A stretch of DNA of 64,000 nt, taken from contig OZ025679.1 of assembly GCA_964019335.1 (NCBI GenBank), forward strand, positions 124,001 to 188,000, in the 5' to 3' direction. The notes beneath the pieces were generated by a model, which was not told the origin of the DNA, made no database searches, and saw nothing but the letters and a program-made list of their open reading frames with translations. The position numbers and the translations under genes are program-made. This DNA is from Diplonema japonicum (Eukaryota > Protista > Euglenozoa: Diplonemea). Shown here piece by piece: positions 23,255 through 34,279 of this stretch. Numbering within the stretch: the first letter of the stretch is position 1; each line of letters begins with the position of its first letter.

Positions 23255-23332
23255 TTCTTCAGAGTACGGTACGAGGAAGAATTGCAAAAAGTTATGAAGA
23301 AACACCAAGAGCGCGAGGCGGAAAAACATTAA
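22955..23332 (+). CDS. Sm D3-like snRNP core protein, ~105 aa. Intron 23203-23262
   Basis: PIRVVQEAKG..ETMKGEVYRG..LEQVFIRGSQIKFLVLPD matches SmD3. A 60-nt poly-A gtatg..cag intron removes a spurious poly-K run. Confidence 0.8.
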
Positions 23333-23441
23333 AAAGGTTATCTTCTCCCCCCCCTTTTTTTTGAAGTGTTTCGCCCCCCCCCCCCCTTTTTTCGCTCCCA
23401 ACAAAGAAAGGAGAAGGCGGGAGAGGGAAAAAGAAAAAAAA

Positions 23442-23702
23442 ATGACGATGATAGGAAAACATTTAACGAAAATAGTAGTGGGCGGGTGTGTGGCCTACGG
23501 GGTGCTCTCCGGGCTAGCATCTGAGGAATACCTGAGCGAAGACGTCGTGAAAATCTGGCAGACGGTCGACGAGACTAGACCATCGCCCAAAGCGGTGGGT
23601 TGGGGCGAACACCAACAACAACCAAAACCGATCCCCATGCCCGAGACACTGCTCGGCAAACTGACCGGGGGCACCATGGGAGGAGGGGGGCGACAGTCAT
23701 AA
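23442..23702 (+). CDS. Small protein with one N-terminal hydrophobic segment (86 aa), function unknown
   Basis: GC-rich ORF between A-rich and T-rich spacers. IVVGGCVAYGVLSGL segment. Confidence 0.55.
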   Translation: MTMIGKHLTKIVVGGCVAYGVLSGLASEEYLSEDVVKIWQTVDETRPSPKAVGWGEHQQQPKPIPMPETLLGKLTGGTMGGGGRQS

Positions 23703-23772
23703 TCCCCCCTCTTTTTTCTTCTTTTTTTTTTATACGCTTTACACCGTTCTAAAACTCACACAAGGGAACACC

Positions 23773-26700
23773 ATGCCTCTCATCGCTACTCTACCACGGG
23801 AGAACATCACAGACATCCAATACACTTCCACGTCGTTGAAAGTTTCACGAAAGGGTGGGAAGTACTGGGGCAAGGTGAGGGAACGTGTCACCAACGACAT
23901 AGCCAGTGTGAACCTCGACTCCGTATGCGGCATTGAGAAGATGCCTGGTGAGGTGACAAGCCGCATTAAAGAGAACGTTCTGAAAGGCCTTGACAGTATT
24001 GTAGTCATCTACGGCTTCGAAGAGAAAGTCGCCGACAACTCAATTGGAAATATCGCAAACGGTGTCCTCGCTGTGCTGGGGGATGAGATCTGCTGTATCG
24101 GTGCTGCACAAGAGACTGACAAGCGCATCGAGCAATACAGAGAGGAGGAGACCCTCACCACGGAGGCGCTGCTCCAAAAACGTAAGCAAGCCCTCAACTC
24201 CCCCGAGCCTCCTTCTGAACGCCGTCCTTCGCTCCCCCTTAAAAGACGCTCCTCTGCAACAAGCACGCGCAGGAGCTCCCTTGGTCTTCTCCCCAAAGGT
24301 AGCATTGTCATCGCTGGCAACCCCTCCGCAACCTCCACTAGAAGGAACTCCGTGGACAAGCTACGCGAGACGGTGCACCGCTCCTACACTGACTCCACAA
24401 AACCCGTTGTCACCCCGAATACAGGTGCAACATATACACGCCAGGCACCAGGCCCTTTGGGCATGACATCCCTCGTGGGAAGGCAAGGCCACAAAGGCCT
24501 CTGCACCGTCGCCACGCTCAACGGTACTTCCGGTTACTTCGCAGTGCACGAGATGTACGGCATCGGCGACCACGCGCACAACCTCGGGGTGGAGATGTGG
24601 CTTCGCACCGATGAAAAAAACAAGAAGCAAACGGCCATCCAGCTGATGGGGCACAAAATGGAGATGGTGCAGATCATCCTGAACCAGGACCTCTCCCTCG
24701 AGCTGTCCAGCGGCATGGTCTACGTGCGTGTGCGAGATCAGTTGTACAACGAGCTCGAGATCCAGGCAGACACCAACGATGTGATCGTGGACGGGAAGTG
24801 GCACCACATCTCCCTCAAGGTGGTCGGCCTGCAGGACGACAAGCTCTCCTTCGCGCTCGACGGAGTACCCCTCAGGGTCCGTGTGGGTGTGCACAGCTGC
24901 CCATATAAATTCGAAGGTTGGGGCACGGATGAGCCAGGGTTCGGGTGCATCGGTGGTGAAGGCGAAGCACGCGGCGACCCTACGATGAAGACGTTCAGGT
25001 TCAAAGGCTCCATCACAGAGACGATTGTGTGGGGTGGGGATCGTGTGCTGTACTACTGGAACCTCAGGCGGCCGCCCGACAACGACGAGATGCTGTACGA
25101 CCCGCAGAGCAACGCGACGGCAAAGCCCTTTGGCGTGGAGTGGCGGGAGGTAGAGTTCCCCGAGACGTCTATCTTGTTCGACGGCACGTCGTACGTGAAC
25201 TGCGGCAGCTTGGGCACCTTCGGGACACACATGAAGTCGTCGGTCGTCGTTGACTTGTGGTTCCTCGTCAAGCAGCACGCCGGTGACGGCCCGCCTCCTG
25301 CAATGACGATCCTTGGTGCCACCGATAGCGGTGGGAAGCGGCAGTCTATCGAGATCACTGCGAACGTCGACGAGACAATCACCGCACGTGAGGGATGCCT
25401 GTTGTTCAGCGTCACGGACTCGGAAGGCAAGAAGATGACCACTGCCGCTCACAACTGCTGTGGTGACGGTGCATGGCACCACCTCACATGGGTGGTGTGC
25501 GACCCTTCGAACCACTCGTTCAGGGTCGAGGTCGACGGCAAGTCTGTCGAGCTCAAAATGGGAAAGCTCGAGTCCCCGAAGCTCTTCGTCGACTTCACTT
25601 CATGGGTAGCACTTGGCGCGCATAACAACCGAGGCAACCCTGATAGATTCCTCAAGGGCTCCATCAAGAGCGTCAAGTTGTGGACTGGCAAGGGCAGGTC
25701 AAAACTCCTTCACTCCCACTGGAAGCTCGACGAAGGTCCTGGAGCTACAATTCTGATGGACAACACCGGGAATGGCAACAACGGTATCGTGGGGAGAGTG
25801 CCGCCTTCTTCCCAAACACGGACACTCCGCAGACAATCAAGCAGCATGAAGCTCATTAAAAGAGCCTCCTCGCAGAGGCTGAAGGAGGCTGTCGACATGT
25901 CGTACAGGCTCCTGAAGTGGATGTCAGGCCAGCAGCCACGCACCAACGACGACGACATCGTGCAAGAGACTACAAAACAGAAGATGCTAGTAGAGAGCCT
26001 AACAGGTATGTCGCACAGGCTGCAGCTGTGCTTTGTAGAGGTAGCAGCAGCAATGGAGGAGAACGGGTTCGTGAGGGAAAAGATATTCAACTGTCTGAGA
26101 GACGACGACGAGGTGGTGCTGGACGGTGACGGGGGCATCCCCCCGGAACATTGGGACGACATGCAACCGACTACCATCAAGCTTGCATTGGAGAGGGGCT
26201 TCAGGAACAGAGCACTGCAAAGGAGGGGCGGGCACCCTGTGATAGGATTCTGCGTAGGGGAAACTAAAGTCGTAATAATGCAACTACAGGGCAGAACTGC
26301 ACAGCATAGACTGATAACACAGAAGGGAGAAGTGAGCTGGACAGGGCCACTTCAACTAGCGGGTATTGAGGGGAAAATGCGCCATGTGCTCTACAAAGGG
26401 ATGACATCAGTGGAAGCGTACTTCTGTAGAAACGGTGTGTCGAGCTTCGTGAAGACGCAGACACCCAGTGTGTGGGAGTCTGCACTCCCAAGAGTTGTGC
26501 ACTGGGTGCGGGCAAGGCATGCAGCTCCTGCATCATGCTGTGTGGTCTTCCAGCCACACACTTTTTACCACCTCCATGCCACTATGGTGATGGTGAACGC
26601 CTTCGAGAGTGCCACACGTGGCCAAGCCGCCATGCAAATCCAGAAGATCTACCGATCACACAGTGCTCGACAACTTACCCGTGACAAGATAGCGCAGCGT

Positions 26701-26811
26701 TTTCGCATCCACTACCTGTGCGAGCAGGCAAGGTACCTCGAACAGCAGGCGTTCCTGACGCTGACCGCCGATTACTTCCACAAGCTTTGCTCGTTGGTCA
26801 CTGTTTCTTGA
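23773..26811 (+). CDS. 1012-aa protein with two LamG/concanavalin-like domains and a C-terminal IQ motif
   Basis: VEMWLRT..DGKWHHI..FKGSI; VDLWF..DGAWHHL..LGA..LKGSI..HWKLDEGPG..D.TGNGNNG; IQ motif AAMQIQKIYRSHSAR. Confidence 0.7.
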   Translation: MPLIATLPRENITDIQYTSTSLKVSRKGGKYWGKVRERVTNDIASVNLDSVCGIEKMPGEVTSRIKENVLKGLDSIVVIYGFEEKVADNSIGNIANGVLAVLGDEICCIGAAQETDKRIEQYREEETLTTEALLQKRKQALNSPEPPSERRPSLPLKRRSSATSTRRSSLGLLPKGSIVIAGNPSATSTRRNSVDKLRETVHRSYTDSTKPVVTPNTGATYTRQAPGPLGMTSLVGRQGHKGLCTVATLNGTSGYFAVHEMYGIGDHAHNLGVEMWLRTDEKNKKQTAIQLMGHKMEMVQIILNQDLSLELSSGMVYVRVRDQLYNELEIQADTNDVIVDGKWHHISLKVVGLQDDKLSFALDGVPLRVRVGVHSCPYKFEGWGTDEPGFGCIGGEGEARGDPTMKTFRFKGSITETIVWGGDRVLYYWNLRRPPDNDEMLYDPQSNATAKPFGVEWREVEFPETSILFDGTSYVNCGSLGTFGTHMKSSVVVDLWFLVKQHAGDGPPPAMTILGATDSGGKRQSIEITANVDETITAREGCLLFSVTDSEGKKMTTAAHNCCGDGAWHHLTWVVCDPSNHSFRVEVDGKSVELKMGKLESPKLFVDFTSWVALGAHNNRGNPDRFLKGSIKSVKLWTGKGRSKLLHSHWKLDEGPGATILMDNTGNGNNGIVGRVPPSSQTRTLRRQSSSMKLIKRASSQRLKEAVDMSYRLLKWMSGQQPRTNDDDIVQETTKQKMLVESLTGMSHRLQLCFVEVAAAMEENGFVREKIFNCLRDDDEVVLDGDGGIPPEHWDDMQPTTIKLALERGFRNRALQRRGGHPVIGFCVGETKVVIMQLQGRTAQHRLITQKGEVSWTGPLQLAGIEGKMRHVLYKGMTSVEAYFCRNGVSSFVKTQTPSVWESALPRVVHWVRARHAAPASCCVVFQPHTFYHLHATMVMVNAFESATRGQAAMQIQKIYRSHSARQLTRDKIAQRFRIHYLCEQARYLEQQAFLTLTADYFHKLCSLVTVS

Positions 26812-27208
26812 GACGTAAGAGCATCGCAACAGTTTCTCCCCCCCCTTTTTTTTTGTTAACTTTTCTTTTATTTTGTTCCTTCTAGACAAGGGGGACGTTC
26901 CAAAACAGGAACCTCCTTTATCTCATCTCATCTCTTCTCTTCTCTTTCTTCTTTCTCTGAATCAGTTTCTGTGCCTTCAATGCGCTTTTAAAAAAAAAGT
27001 TTAAGAAAAAGATCTTACGTCTCAGTATTTCTTCTAGAAAAGAAAAAAAAAATGGGGAAAGAAAAAAAAAAAAAAACGGGCCTTAATTCTTATTTAAAAA
27101 AAAAAACTCCTCTCTCAACCAGTAAGTTCAGTCTTTTACAAGATTCTTTTTTTTTTCCCACTCACTTTACCCCGTCTCTTTCCTCACATCAATCTCTTAA
27201 CAAAGGAT

Positions 27209-28675
27209 ATGGAATCGTTTTGGTGGTGGGCGATAAGCTGGGGAGTTTACAATGCGCTTGGGATGTACATTCTTAGGAGATACTTGAAAAGGGCAAGCGA
27301 ATACATATTATGGGACGAATGGGAAGAAGTACTCCTCGTACTGGTTGGGCTGGGGTTGGAGGGCGTCTTCTTAGAACTCGTAGGAAGGCAAAAGCAAGGC
27401 ATGGACGAAGTCATGGTCGAAAGGTACGGGCTCGACAGGATCGCCGCCGGTGTAGAATCAGGAGGAATGTGCCTGTTCACAGGAACATTGCTGCTAGTAA
27501 ATCATTCAAAAGACCCATTTGAGACTGCAAGGCTGCTACGGACCTCGTTTTTAATGTCTGTATCACTTGCTATATTTACCACAGGGTTCCTCCTCGTTGC
27601 TATCTACGCATCTGGATCTCAGTACTATCCCTTGTTCACAGGAAGTGCACAAGGAACCTTGCCGCTGACATCCTCAAAGACTTACATGATGCTGAAAATA
27701 CCGCTTCTATTCCTCACTTTCGCCCGGTGGGTTGGCTTCGGATATCTACTCGGAGACGGTCACCTCTCAGCCTTTCGAAACATATTGGTCTTCTCCTATG
27801 CTTCAGGCGTTGCTGTGTATTCACTGTGCATCGATGTCGCGTCACAAGGGATCACCGGTTGGGGCCTCGCCGAGCTGACCCATAAATCGCTCATCGTGGG
27901 TTTGCTTATCGGGTATTACTTGTACACCAAGGAAGGTTACGTTACGGTGTTGACACGGCAAAGCAGCACAAGGGAGGTCGGGAGGCAGCAGGATGTTATG
28001 TTGGCAGGGATGCTGTTTTTCATGGTGATAGGAATCTCTGACAGTGTCGGGGAAACAACGCTGTTGCATTTGCAACCCTTGTGCGATCGTGTCCGGGTGA
28101 TATCCGGGATGTACGCCTTCTCGCAGATCGGACGGTTAACAGGGTTTTATCAAACGCTGCTTCTTGTCTGCGGGCTGGTCGTAAGAAAGACCGCGTTGAT
28201 CTCACCTTACAAGAAAAGGTTTCGAGTGAAGGTCATCATGCGTGTTGCATTGTGGGGGGTGTTTGGGATTCTTGCCTCGTCGCTGCCGTGTGAAGGGATC
28301 TTTTGTGACTTCTTCGCGCCGGGCTCCAAGATCGACTCGTGGATGCTTCCGACGTTCGTGTTGGTCCTGAAGACCCTCCTCGCGCCATTGTTCGGTATTC
28401 TCCTTTCCTTTTCCCATTTTCGCTTCATCACCACCACATCCGTCTCTGTTTGGTTCCTCGTCTGGCTCCCCCTTCACTGCGTCTCCATCAACGCCAGGTC
28501 CACCACCACGAACTACCTCACCTCGCTCATCTTTTACTTCTTCCTTTGTTTGGCGTTTTTCTATAAAACCCGCCACACGATAGCCTCCACGGAGTACGAT
28601 GGATACGCCGACCTCAGCACCCAAGACGCCGCGAATGATTTCTCCACCCCGAAGGACCCACCCTCCTTGGAGTAG
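27209..28675 (+). CDS. Polytopic membrane protein (488 aa), family unknown
   Basis: Long ORF with more than 10 hydrophobic segments. Confidence 0.75.
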   Translation: MESFWWWAISWGVYNALGMYILRRYLKRASEYILWDEWEEVLLVLVGLGLEGVFLELVGRQKQGMDEVMVERYGLDRIAAGVESGGMCLFTGTLLLVNHSKDPFETARLLRTSFLMSVSLAIFTTGFLLVAIYASGSQYYPLFTGSAQGTLPLTSSKTYMMLKIPLLFLTFARWVGFGYLLGDGHLSAFRNILVFSYASGVAVYSLCIDVASQGITGWGLAELTHKSLIVGLLIGYYLYTKEGYVTVLTRQSSTREVGRQQDVMLAGMLFFMVIGISDSVGETTLLHLQPLCDRVRVISGMYAFSQIGRLTGFYQTLLLVCGLVVRKTALISPYKKRFRVKVIMRVALWGVFGILASSLPCEGIFCDFFAPGSKIDSWMLPTFVLVLKTLLAPLFGILLSFSHFRFITTTSVSVWFLVWLPLHCVSINARSTTTNYLTSLIFYFFLCLAFFYKTRHTIASTEYDGYADLSTQDAANDFSTPKDPPSLE

Positions 28676-28823
28676 TCTGGTTTTTTTTTTTGTTTCGTTC
28701 ATTGCTAGTGGCGACCCTAGTCCTCGGTCGCCGTCTCACGTGCTTTTGGCGGCACGGCCTGCTCAAAAAGTTTATATTTGTTTTATTTACGTTGAATATC
28801 ATTATACCAAAGGACTCAAGAAG

Positions 28824-30040
28824 ATGGCAATAAGCGGGACAGTTGTGAAGTGGGTGACGGGGAAGGGGTTCGGGTTCGTGAAGGAGAAGGAGGGGGAGCA
28901 GGAGTACCACGTGAGCAGCGAGAACCTGGTAGGGGGGAGCCGGCTGCAGGAGGGTGGGGAGGTGCAGTTCGACGAGGAGACTTCGGCGCCGAAGACGAAG
29001 CGGGAGAAGGAGCACGCGGAGGCGGGGAAGAAGCGGGGGACGAACGTGAGCGGGGCTGGGGTGATCGCGAGCACGCAGGGGAGCCTGATCGGGACGGTGT
29101 GCGAGTGGTGCCCTGCGAAGAACTACGGGTTCATCCTGGGGACGGACGGGTCGAAGACGTACGTGCACGTGTCGGCCTTTGACGGGGCGCGCCTGCAGCC
29201 CGGGAAGGCGGTGACCTACGACATGGAGGACGTGGCGCACAAGAGCGGGAGGCAGGTGGCGGTGAACGTGGCTGGGTCGGCGGTGCAGGCTCGTGGGGCG
29301 GTTCGCGGGATCGTGAAGTCGTGGCTGCAGGGGAAGGGTTACGGGTTCGCTGAGGACGGGAGCGGGGCGGAGGTCTTCGTCCACTCGAGCGCCATCAACA
29401 ACGGCTGGCTCATGCAGGGGAAGGAGATCTTCTACGATTTGGAGCAGCGTGCGGATGCTGACGCGGAGGGCGGGAAGTTCTCCGCCGTGAACGTGACAGG
29501 GCAGGCTGTCAGGGACCACGACGGGGGCTCCAAGGGGGTGAAGGGAGGAGGCTTCAAGGGAGGGAAGGGTGGGAAGGGGGCCTTCGGGAGGAAGGGGGGA
29601 AAGAATGCTAAAGGTGGTGGTGGTGGTGGTGGTGGTGGTCTCGCAGCGAGGATGCATGCAGAAGGGAAGAGGAAGGACGTGGACGGGAGCTGGTACACCC
29701 GCGATGACTTCGTGAAGCAGTACGGAGGGACCTCCGAGTGGGACGCCAAGGAGACCAGGCAGTCCCCCGCCAACGGGAAGATGTACACTCGGGAGAAGTT
29801 CGTGGTATGCAAAGGCTGACTTTAAAAAAAGAAAGAAGAAGACAAGACAAGACAAAAAAACAAAACAAAAAAAAAATAATTAATAAACACCAGGAACACT
29901 TCGGAGGAACAACCGAGTGGGATGCAGCACTCACTCCGTCTTCCGCCCCTTACGCTGGTGGTGCAAGGGGCAGGGGTGGTGGGAAGGGCAGAGGAGGAAA
30001 GGGGAGAGGCCAGATGAAGAAGGAAGCAATGGAAATGTAG
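28824..30040 (+). CDS. Triple cold-shock-domain protein (copy 2). Intron 29805-29893
   Basis: Sequence identical to 18857-20073 at offset 9967. Confidence 0.9.
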
Positions 30041-30492
30041 GAAAAAAAAAAAAGAAAACTAATCCCAGGAATGAAGAGTGAAAAAGTGTAATTACCCCCC
30101 ACCCCACCACACTCTGACTTTCATTTGCATTTTTTTTTTGGGGCAAGAACACAGTAACAACAAAATAAAGTTGATAGTTCAAAAAAAAAAAAAAAAAAAG
30201 TTGTGTTCCCCCCCCTCCCCCCGATCCCTTTTTTCCCAGTGTTTGATCCAGGGCCTTGCCCGTCATAGTTTCCCACAAGTTTTTAAACCTTTCAAGAATG
30301 GGCACATGGGCAACCCTGCCCTACTTCACGGCAGAAACCTTTCATGTGATTTACTTGCAAAATATTTATTTCCATCGTTCTCCTTATTTTTGTTATTTTT
30401 ATCTCTATTCTTTACTTACCACGAGACCAACCTTACCCACCATCTCCTCACGAAACAGTGGGGTACAAAAAGAAAATCTATTTTACAGAGAC

Positions 30493-30529
<37 letters not shown>

Positions 30530-30941
30530 CTTTTTTTTCTTTCTTTTTTTTTTTTGACCACCTTCGTTGAGTGGGAAAAAAAAAAAAAAAAAGAAAGAGA
30601 AGCATAATGAACAGCAATGCATCGAGACCCCATTGAGCCTTTGCTCGTGTGGTTGCTGGGCGGGCTGCTCTTATAGCCTTCACATACGTACCCTATTTGA
30701 GTTTTAAGTCAAAAAAAAGAGCCGAGTCTTTAGGTTGTTTTCACGAACAAGCAGCTTTCCCTGCAGAAAATCAATAAATGGTGATTTGGTGACTATCAAT
30801 GTCCCATGAACACCCTTCCAAAAGAAATAGGAAGAAAACGGGAATAAAAAAAAATTAACGAACTGACCGTCGCGCAATGGGGCCGGTGCCAAGACGCTAC
30901 TGTGCCATTACACTTTACAGCTCACTTTGATGGTGAGGCTC

Positions 30942-31038
30942 GCCGCAGTCGGGTGGCTTCACCCTGAAACCGTACATCATGCTGAGAGGCTGACACAGCC
31001 CATATCATCTGCTTAAATGAGGAAATACTGCGAGCGGC
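30942..31038 (+). ncRNA. Fourth copy of the ~95-nt structured element (degenerate fifth at ~31130-31175)
   Basis: Same sequence as 20883-20980. Confidence 0.35.
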
Positions 31039-31331
31039 CCAAAGAGGCGGCAATGCATATATAGCCCTGTACTTCTCAAAAGGGTTTTGATGCAGTGTGA
31101 GGCTACCAGCAACAAAAGGTTCTCTTTGAATGGCTTCACACTAACGGAACGGCACGCTGAGAGACTGACACAGGACGCTTTGGCGTTCCTGATGTTGGCT
31201 CACTAACACTCAACACCAGCGCTTTGAAAAATACTTGTTTTCTTTTCTTTTTTTTTTTTTTTTTGTCTATCTTTTTTTTTTTTTCTCCCTCCTTTTCTTT
31301 GTTTCTTCGTTATGTGTTACAAGTAGTCCCT

Positions 31332-32439
31332 AGCACGAGATCCGTCGGGTGGCGAGGGCCATGACGGCAGCCGAGCTAGCAGACGGGAGGGACTCCTACG
31401 ACGGCATGCCGGAAGGAGCCGACCCGGACACGAACGTGTGGTGGAGGTCACTCTCGGGCAACCCAGTGGCGGCGTACCGATTGAGGAGGCTGATTGCAGG
31501 AGCGGTGTTTGCGGTCTACCCGGGAGCGGGGCGTGGCGCAGGAACCGAACAACCCGCTGCAGCACCTCTGCGACGTGTGTGAGGAACGGTTCGGCAGCTC
31601 ACGGAGGTGCTGGAACACGCCCTCTGGCGATGCGAGCCGGGTGACGCGGTGCGGAGCAAGATGGAGTACGCGAACCTGGACCCGGCAGCTATGCCGAAGG
31701 CGACGAGGCTCCATGGGGTGGTGCCCAGAGGCTGCCAAGACAAGCCAAGGGCCTTACTGGTGCAGAAGTACCTGCTGGAGGTAGTCACGCGGAGGGATGC
31801 AGCGGTGGAAGCGAACCGCGCACTGCAGATACAAGCTTACCCGTGGCGGGCGGTCGTGACGGGGAGGGCGCACCCGACGCCGACGGTGTCTGAACTACGA
31901 AGGCTGGGGGCGTCAGGAACGGTGATGGACAAGCTGCTGGGGCCGGTGCTGAGATGGTTGGGAGGCCTGCTGTGGGATGACGCGCCTGGTCGGCACACGG
32001 CGGTGACAACGTTAGAGCTGGCCCTCGACTTCGAGAGGGAGATGGAGCTGCCGCTGGACGACGGCGGGGAAGTGGGCAAGGTGGAGGACCTGGGCGTCAA
32101 GGCAAGGAGGCTGAGGTATGTGCTGAGACGAGTCCAGGACCTGTACCACGCTGATGGCAGAGGGGTAGCGTTCCCAGCGGCGCGAGTGGAGCGCGTCAAC
32201 TCCCTACGCTGTATCGGAGGACCGACCACACACGGGTATGACAGGAGGCCAGTACTCCCGGAACGAACCATGAGTAGCATCGAAGGCTTGCGGGACAGGT
32301 ACCTGTCGCAGACACCGACAAGGCTGCCCCGCAGTATGACCACCGCAGTAGGAACCCGCCAGAGCCCCCAGAACGGGGACAACGGGGACTAAGCGCAGCT
32401 CGGCCGGTGAGCGCAAAAACGCATACCTTAAAAGAATAG
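31332..32439 (+). mobile_element. 5'-truncated, frameshifted non-LTR retrotransposon (3' end of ORF2) flanked by an ~80-bp direct repeat
   Basis: GC-rich island. CCHC knuckle CDVC...EVLEHALWRC split by a frameshift near 31600. Direct repeats at 31251-31331 and 32440-32519. Confidence 0.8.
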
Positions 32440-33242
32440 TTTTTTTTTTTTTTGTCTATCTTTTTTTTTTTTCTCCCTCCTTTTCTTTGTTTCTTCGTTA
32501 TGTGTTACAAGTAGTCCCTTTTATGAGGTAAAAGGTTTTGTGACCGTTGCATGAATTTCTTTTTTTTTTTTCCCCTTCTCCTTTTTTGTTTCCCCGCTAG
32601 TGTGCACACAAGCGACGGAATAGTTTTCTTGTCCAGTCTGTGCAAATGCAGCGTCTTTTTTTTATAGTAGTAGTAGACCGGTCTTTACAAATAAAAAGGG
32701 GTAGCGGGTTTGTACAGCAATTCGCAAAGTATCGGCAACTCATTGTGTTTTGAGTTTACGGTGCGAATTACGTTGTCTCCCCCTTCCCCCCCCCCCCCCC
32801 CCCCCCCCTTGTGTATAAGGTGCTCACAGAATAGAAAACACTTTTTAACTGGGGGTGCGAATGATGTTTTTTTTTTAAGTAGGTGAAGCTCACGGGGCAG
32901 GGTTGTGAACCTCCTCAAGCTCGGTCTTCGATGCGGCCTGCTTCAATGTTTTTTTTTTTTCTTGTACAGATTTCTTGTGTTCCCCCCCACCCCGCCCCCT
33001 TCCTAATCACTCGTTGTTGTTCCTTTTCAAAAAAAAAAAAAAAAAAAAAAAAAGGATTTTGTTATTGTGTCCTCCCAATCGCTCATATTGCTGCGGAAAT
33101 ACGGCATAACCTTTTAAAGGGGCCAAAAAGAAAAGTGCTATAGCCATTCTCTCGATGGCTTGCGCCAGGTTACCAACCTGACCTTCGACCGCTTCCTGGG
33201 TCTCCCACGTTTCCCCATAGGTTTTTGAGAAGGCTACAAAAA

Positions 33243-34106
33243 ATGGCGCTGGTGCATTCTGAAGGAGCAGCAAGCGAGAGGGGAGCCAGCGGGGGGTTGG
33301 TGGGGCTGGCTGAAGTAGTTCCACAACCCGGGAGAGAGAATCAGTACGTTGAAGAGTTCGAGAGGGCATTGCAAGAAGGACAAATGGTAGAGGCGAGGCA
33401 AATGCAGGGCAGCGACAACGAGGCTGTCACGTGCGGAATGCAGTGGTTCGAGGGAGAAGGGCTGACGACCCTGAGGCTAGGGATGAAGCTTTGCGTGTCG
33501 CTAGCACTCTTTATCGCATACGGTGCGTCAGACGCCGAGCAGTGCAAGATGGATTTGAAAAGCTGGTTGCTAGTCGGCGGCATCGTTATGTTCGTTGTAG
33601 CGCTGCTGTGCCTCGCTGTCACCACGTGTTTCCACAAACTGATCTTTCACAGAGCACCTGCATCTTCTTCGCCTGGTGAACTTATTGTTAGCACAAAATA
33701 CTTAAACAGAGCAAGCTGGGCATCAACAGGGCTGGCCGCCATGTGGGGCCTCGTGTGGTCCATTATCGCCGTTGCGAAACTGAAGAAAGGTTCGAAAAGC
33801 ACCTGCGGGAGTGCTTTTACCGCGATGGTTGTGATGGTTGCCATCAACATCCTTGTGCTGCTCTTCTTCCTGATCACTGTTGCCTCTTACTACACCAGCA
33901 CAGATACTGACGATGATGAGCCTGGCGTGCGGCCTCCTAGCGATAGGCACAAAAACCTCCCTCCGCGGCCTTCAAGGTCGGCGTCACCCCCGCAGACCAC
34001 CCTGGCCCACCTCCAACCTATTGACAGACGCATTGTCACACCGACAATCCAGCCTGTTCGTGACCCCAACCCATTAGCGGAGTTTCATATCCCGATGGCC
34101 CCATGA
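33243..34106 (+). CDS. Four-TM membrane protein with Pro-rich tail (287 aa)
   Basis: Four hydrophobic segments, Cys in the loops. Confidence 0.75.
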   Translation: MALVHSEGAASERGASGGLVGLAEVVPQPGRENQYVEEFERALQEGQMVEARQMQGSDNEAVTCGMQWFEGEGLTTLRLGMKLCVSLALFIAYGASDAEQCKMDLKSWLLVGGIVMFVVALLCLAVTTCFHKLIFHRAPASSSPGELIVSTKYLNRASWASTGLAAMWGLVWSIIAVAKLKKGSKSTCGSAFTAMVVMVAINILVLLFFLITVASYYTSTDTDDDEPGVRPPSDRHKNLPPRPSRSASPPQTTLAHLQPIDRRIVTPTIQPVRDPNPLAEFHIPMAP

Positions 34107-34279
34107 AAAAAAAGGGAGGGGGGGGGGGATGAAAAATAAAGTAACAATAGAGTTTAGAAGTTTTAGATGTATAGAAAAAAAATCTTTTTTAACACTCCCC
34201 TTTTTTTACTCTTCTTTTTTTTTTTTTTTCGAAAAAGATTTAAAAAAAAAAAATAGGAAAGGAGGGGGAAAAAAAAAAA

